64,000 nucleotides of DNA from NCBI RefSeq assembly GCF_009914755.1, contig NC_060944.1, one strand, 5' to 3'. Numbering within the stretch: the first letter of the stretch is position 1; every line of letters starts with the position of its first letter. A program made the position numbers and the translations under genes. Shown here one piece after another: positions 63,474-64,000 of this stretch. Source of the stretch: the human T2T-CHM13v2.0 reference genome, Homo sapiens. The notes under the pieces were generated by a model that did no database searches, was not told the origin of the DNA, and worked only from the letters and a program-made list of their open reading frames with translations.

Positions 63474-64000
63474 GATCCGGAGGGGCTGCCAGGCCAGGCT
63501 CTCAGGGAAGGTCTGCGGATGCCCAAGTGCCTGCACACCTCTGAGGGCCCGTGGCAAGTGTAGAAAGCAAGCTCTGGGCAGGGCTGGCTGCTGCCAGCCT
63601 CCCACCTCCTTGGTTCCTCCTTTGTCCTGCAGGCTTGTCTCTTCCAGTCTTAACAATGCTGCTCTCAAAAGTCTGAAGCCATAGAATCCCTTCGAACAGC
63701 TGATTCCTCTGGAGAATCCAAAAACATAACTCAATTCCCAAAATTTAACTTTTTATACAACTTGCAGGACTTGATGTGGCGTATGGAGCACTGACCGTCC
63801 ATGTGGCAGGACTCAGAGGACGCGGGCAACACAGTGCCCAGGACAGAGAGGCCACAGAGGAGCAAACGGGCAGGCCGAGGACAGTCAAGACCAAGGGGTG
63901 CCAGGCAGGGTGTGGGCTTCTTGGGCCCACAATGACGGGCCCTCCATCGGGATCCTGTGGGGCAGGCCAGGGGCAGGGGCAGGTGGCCTCATAAGCCCTT

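Overview
GC-rich, repeat-rich primate genomic DNA. The BHLHE23 protein and the Alu subfamilies indicate human subtelomeric 20q13.33. The only credible protein-coding gene is single-exon BHLHE23 (BHLHB4, OLIG/BETA3-class bHLH) on the minus strand at 16389-17114, inside a large CpG island with a TATA-like/CCAAT/GC-box promoter. The rest is non-coding: about 15 Alu elements or monomers, old L1M/L2 fragments, MaLR and ERV LTRs, hAT DNA transposons (MER45A/B, MER53, MER33), an LTR-less class I ERV pol/env fragment, many minisatellites, an ~0.9 kb pyrimidine tract and several AT-rich homeodomain-motif islands (candidate enhancers). Splice signals fit the lncRNAs I recall at this locus (LINC01749, LINC00029, LINC01056); those names come from memory, not from the sequence. 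Nearly all long ORFs in the track are tandem-repeat artefacts. I found no clearly new coding system. The best leads are minisatellites whose units each carry one factor motif (10x nuclear-receptor DR1 with minus-strand UGCAUG, 6x NF-Y CCAAT, ~20x TEAD), a probably long BHLHE23 3' UTR, and an Alu-bracketed ERV fragment. Repeat family names are recognised from remembered consensus sequences and need RepeatMasker/Dfam confirmation.
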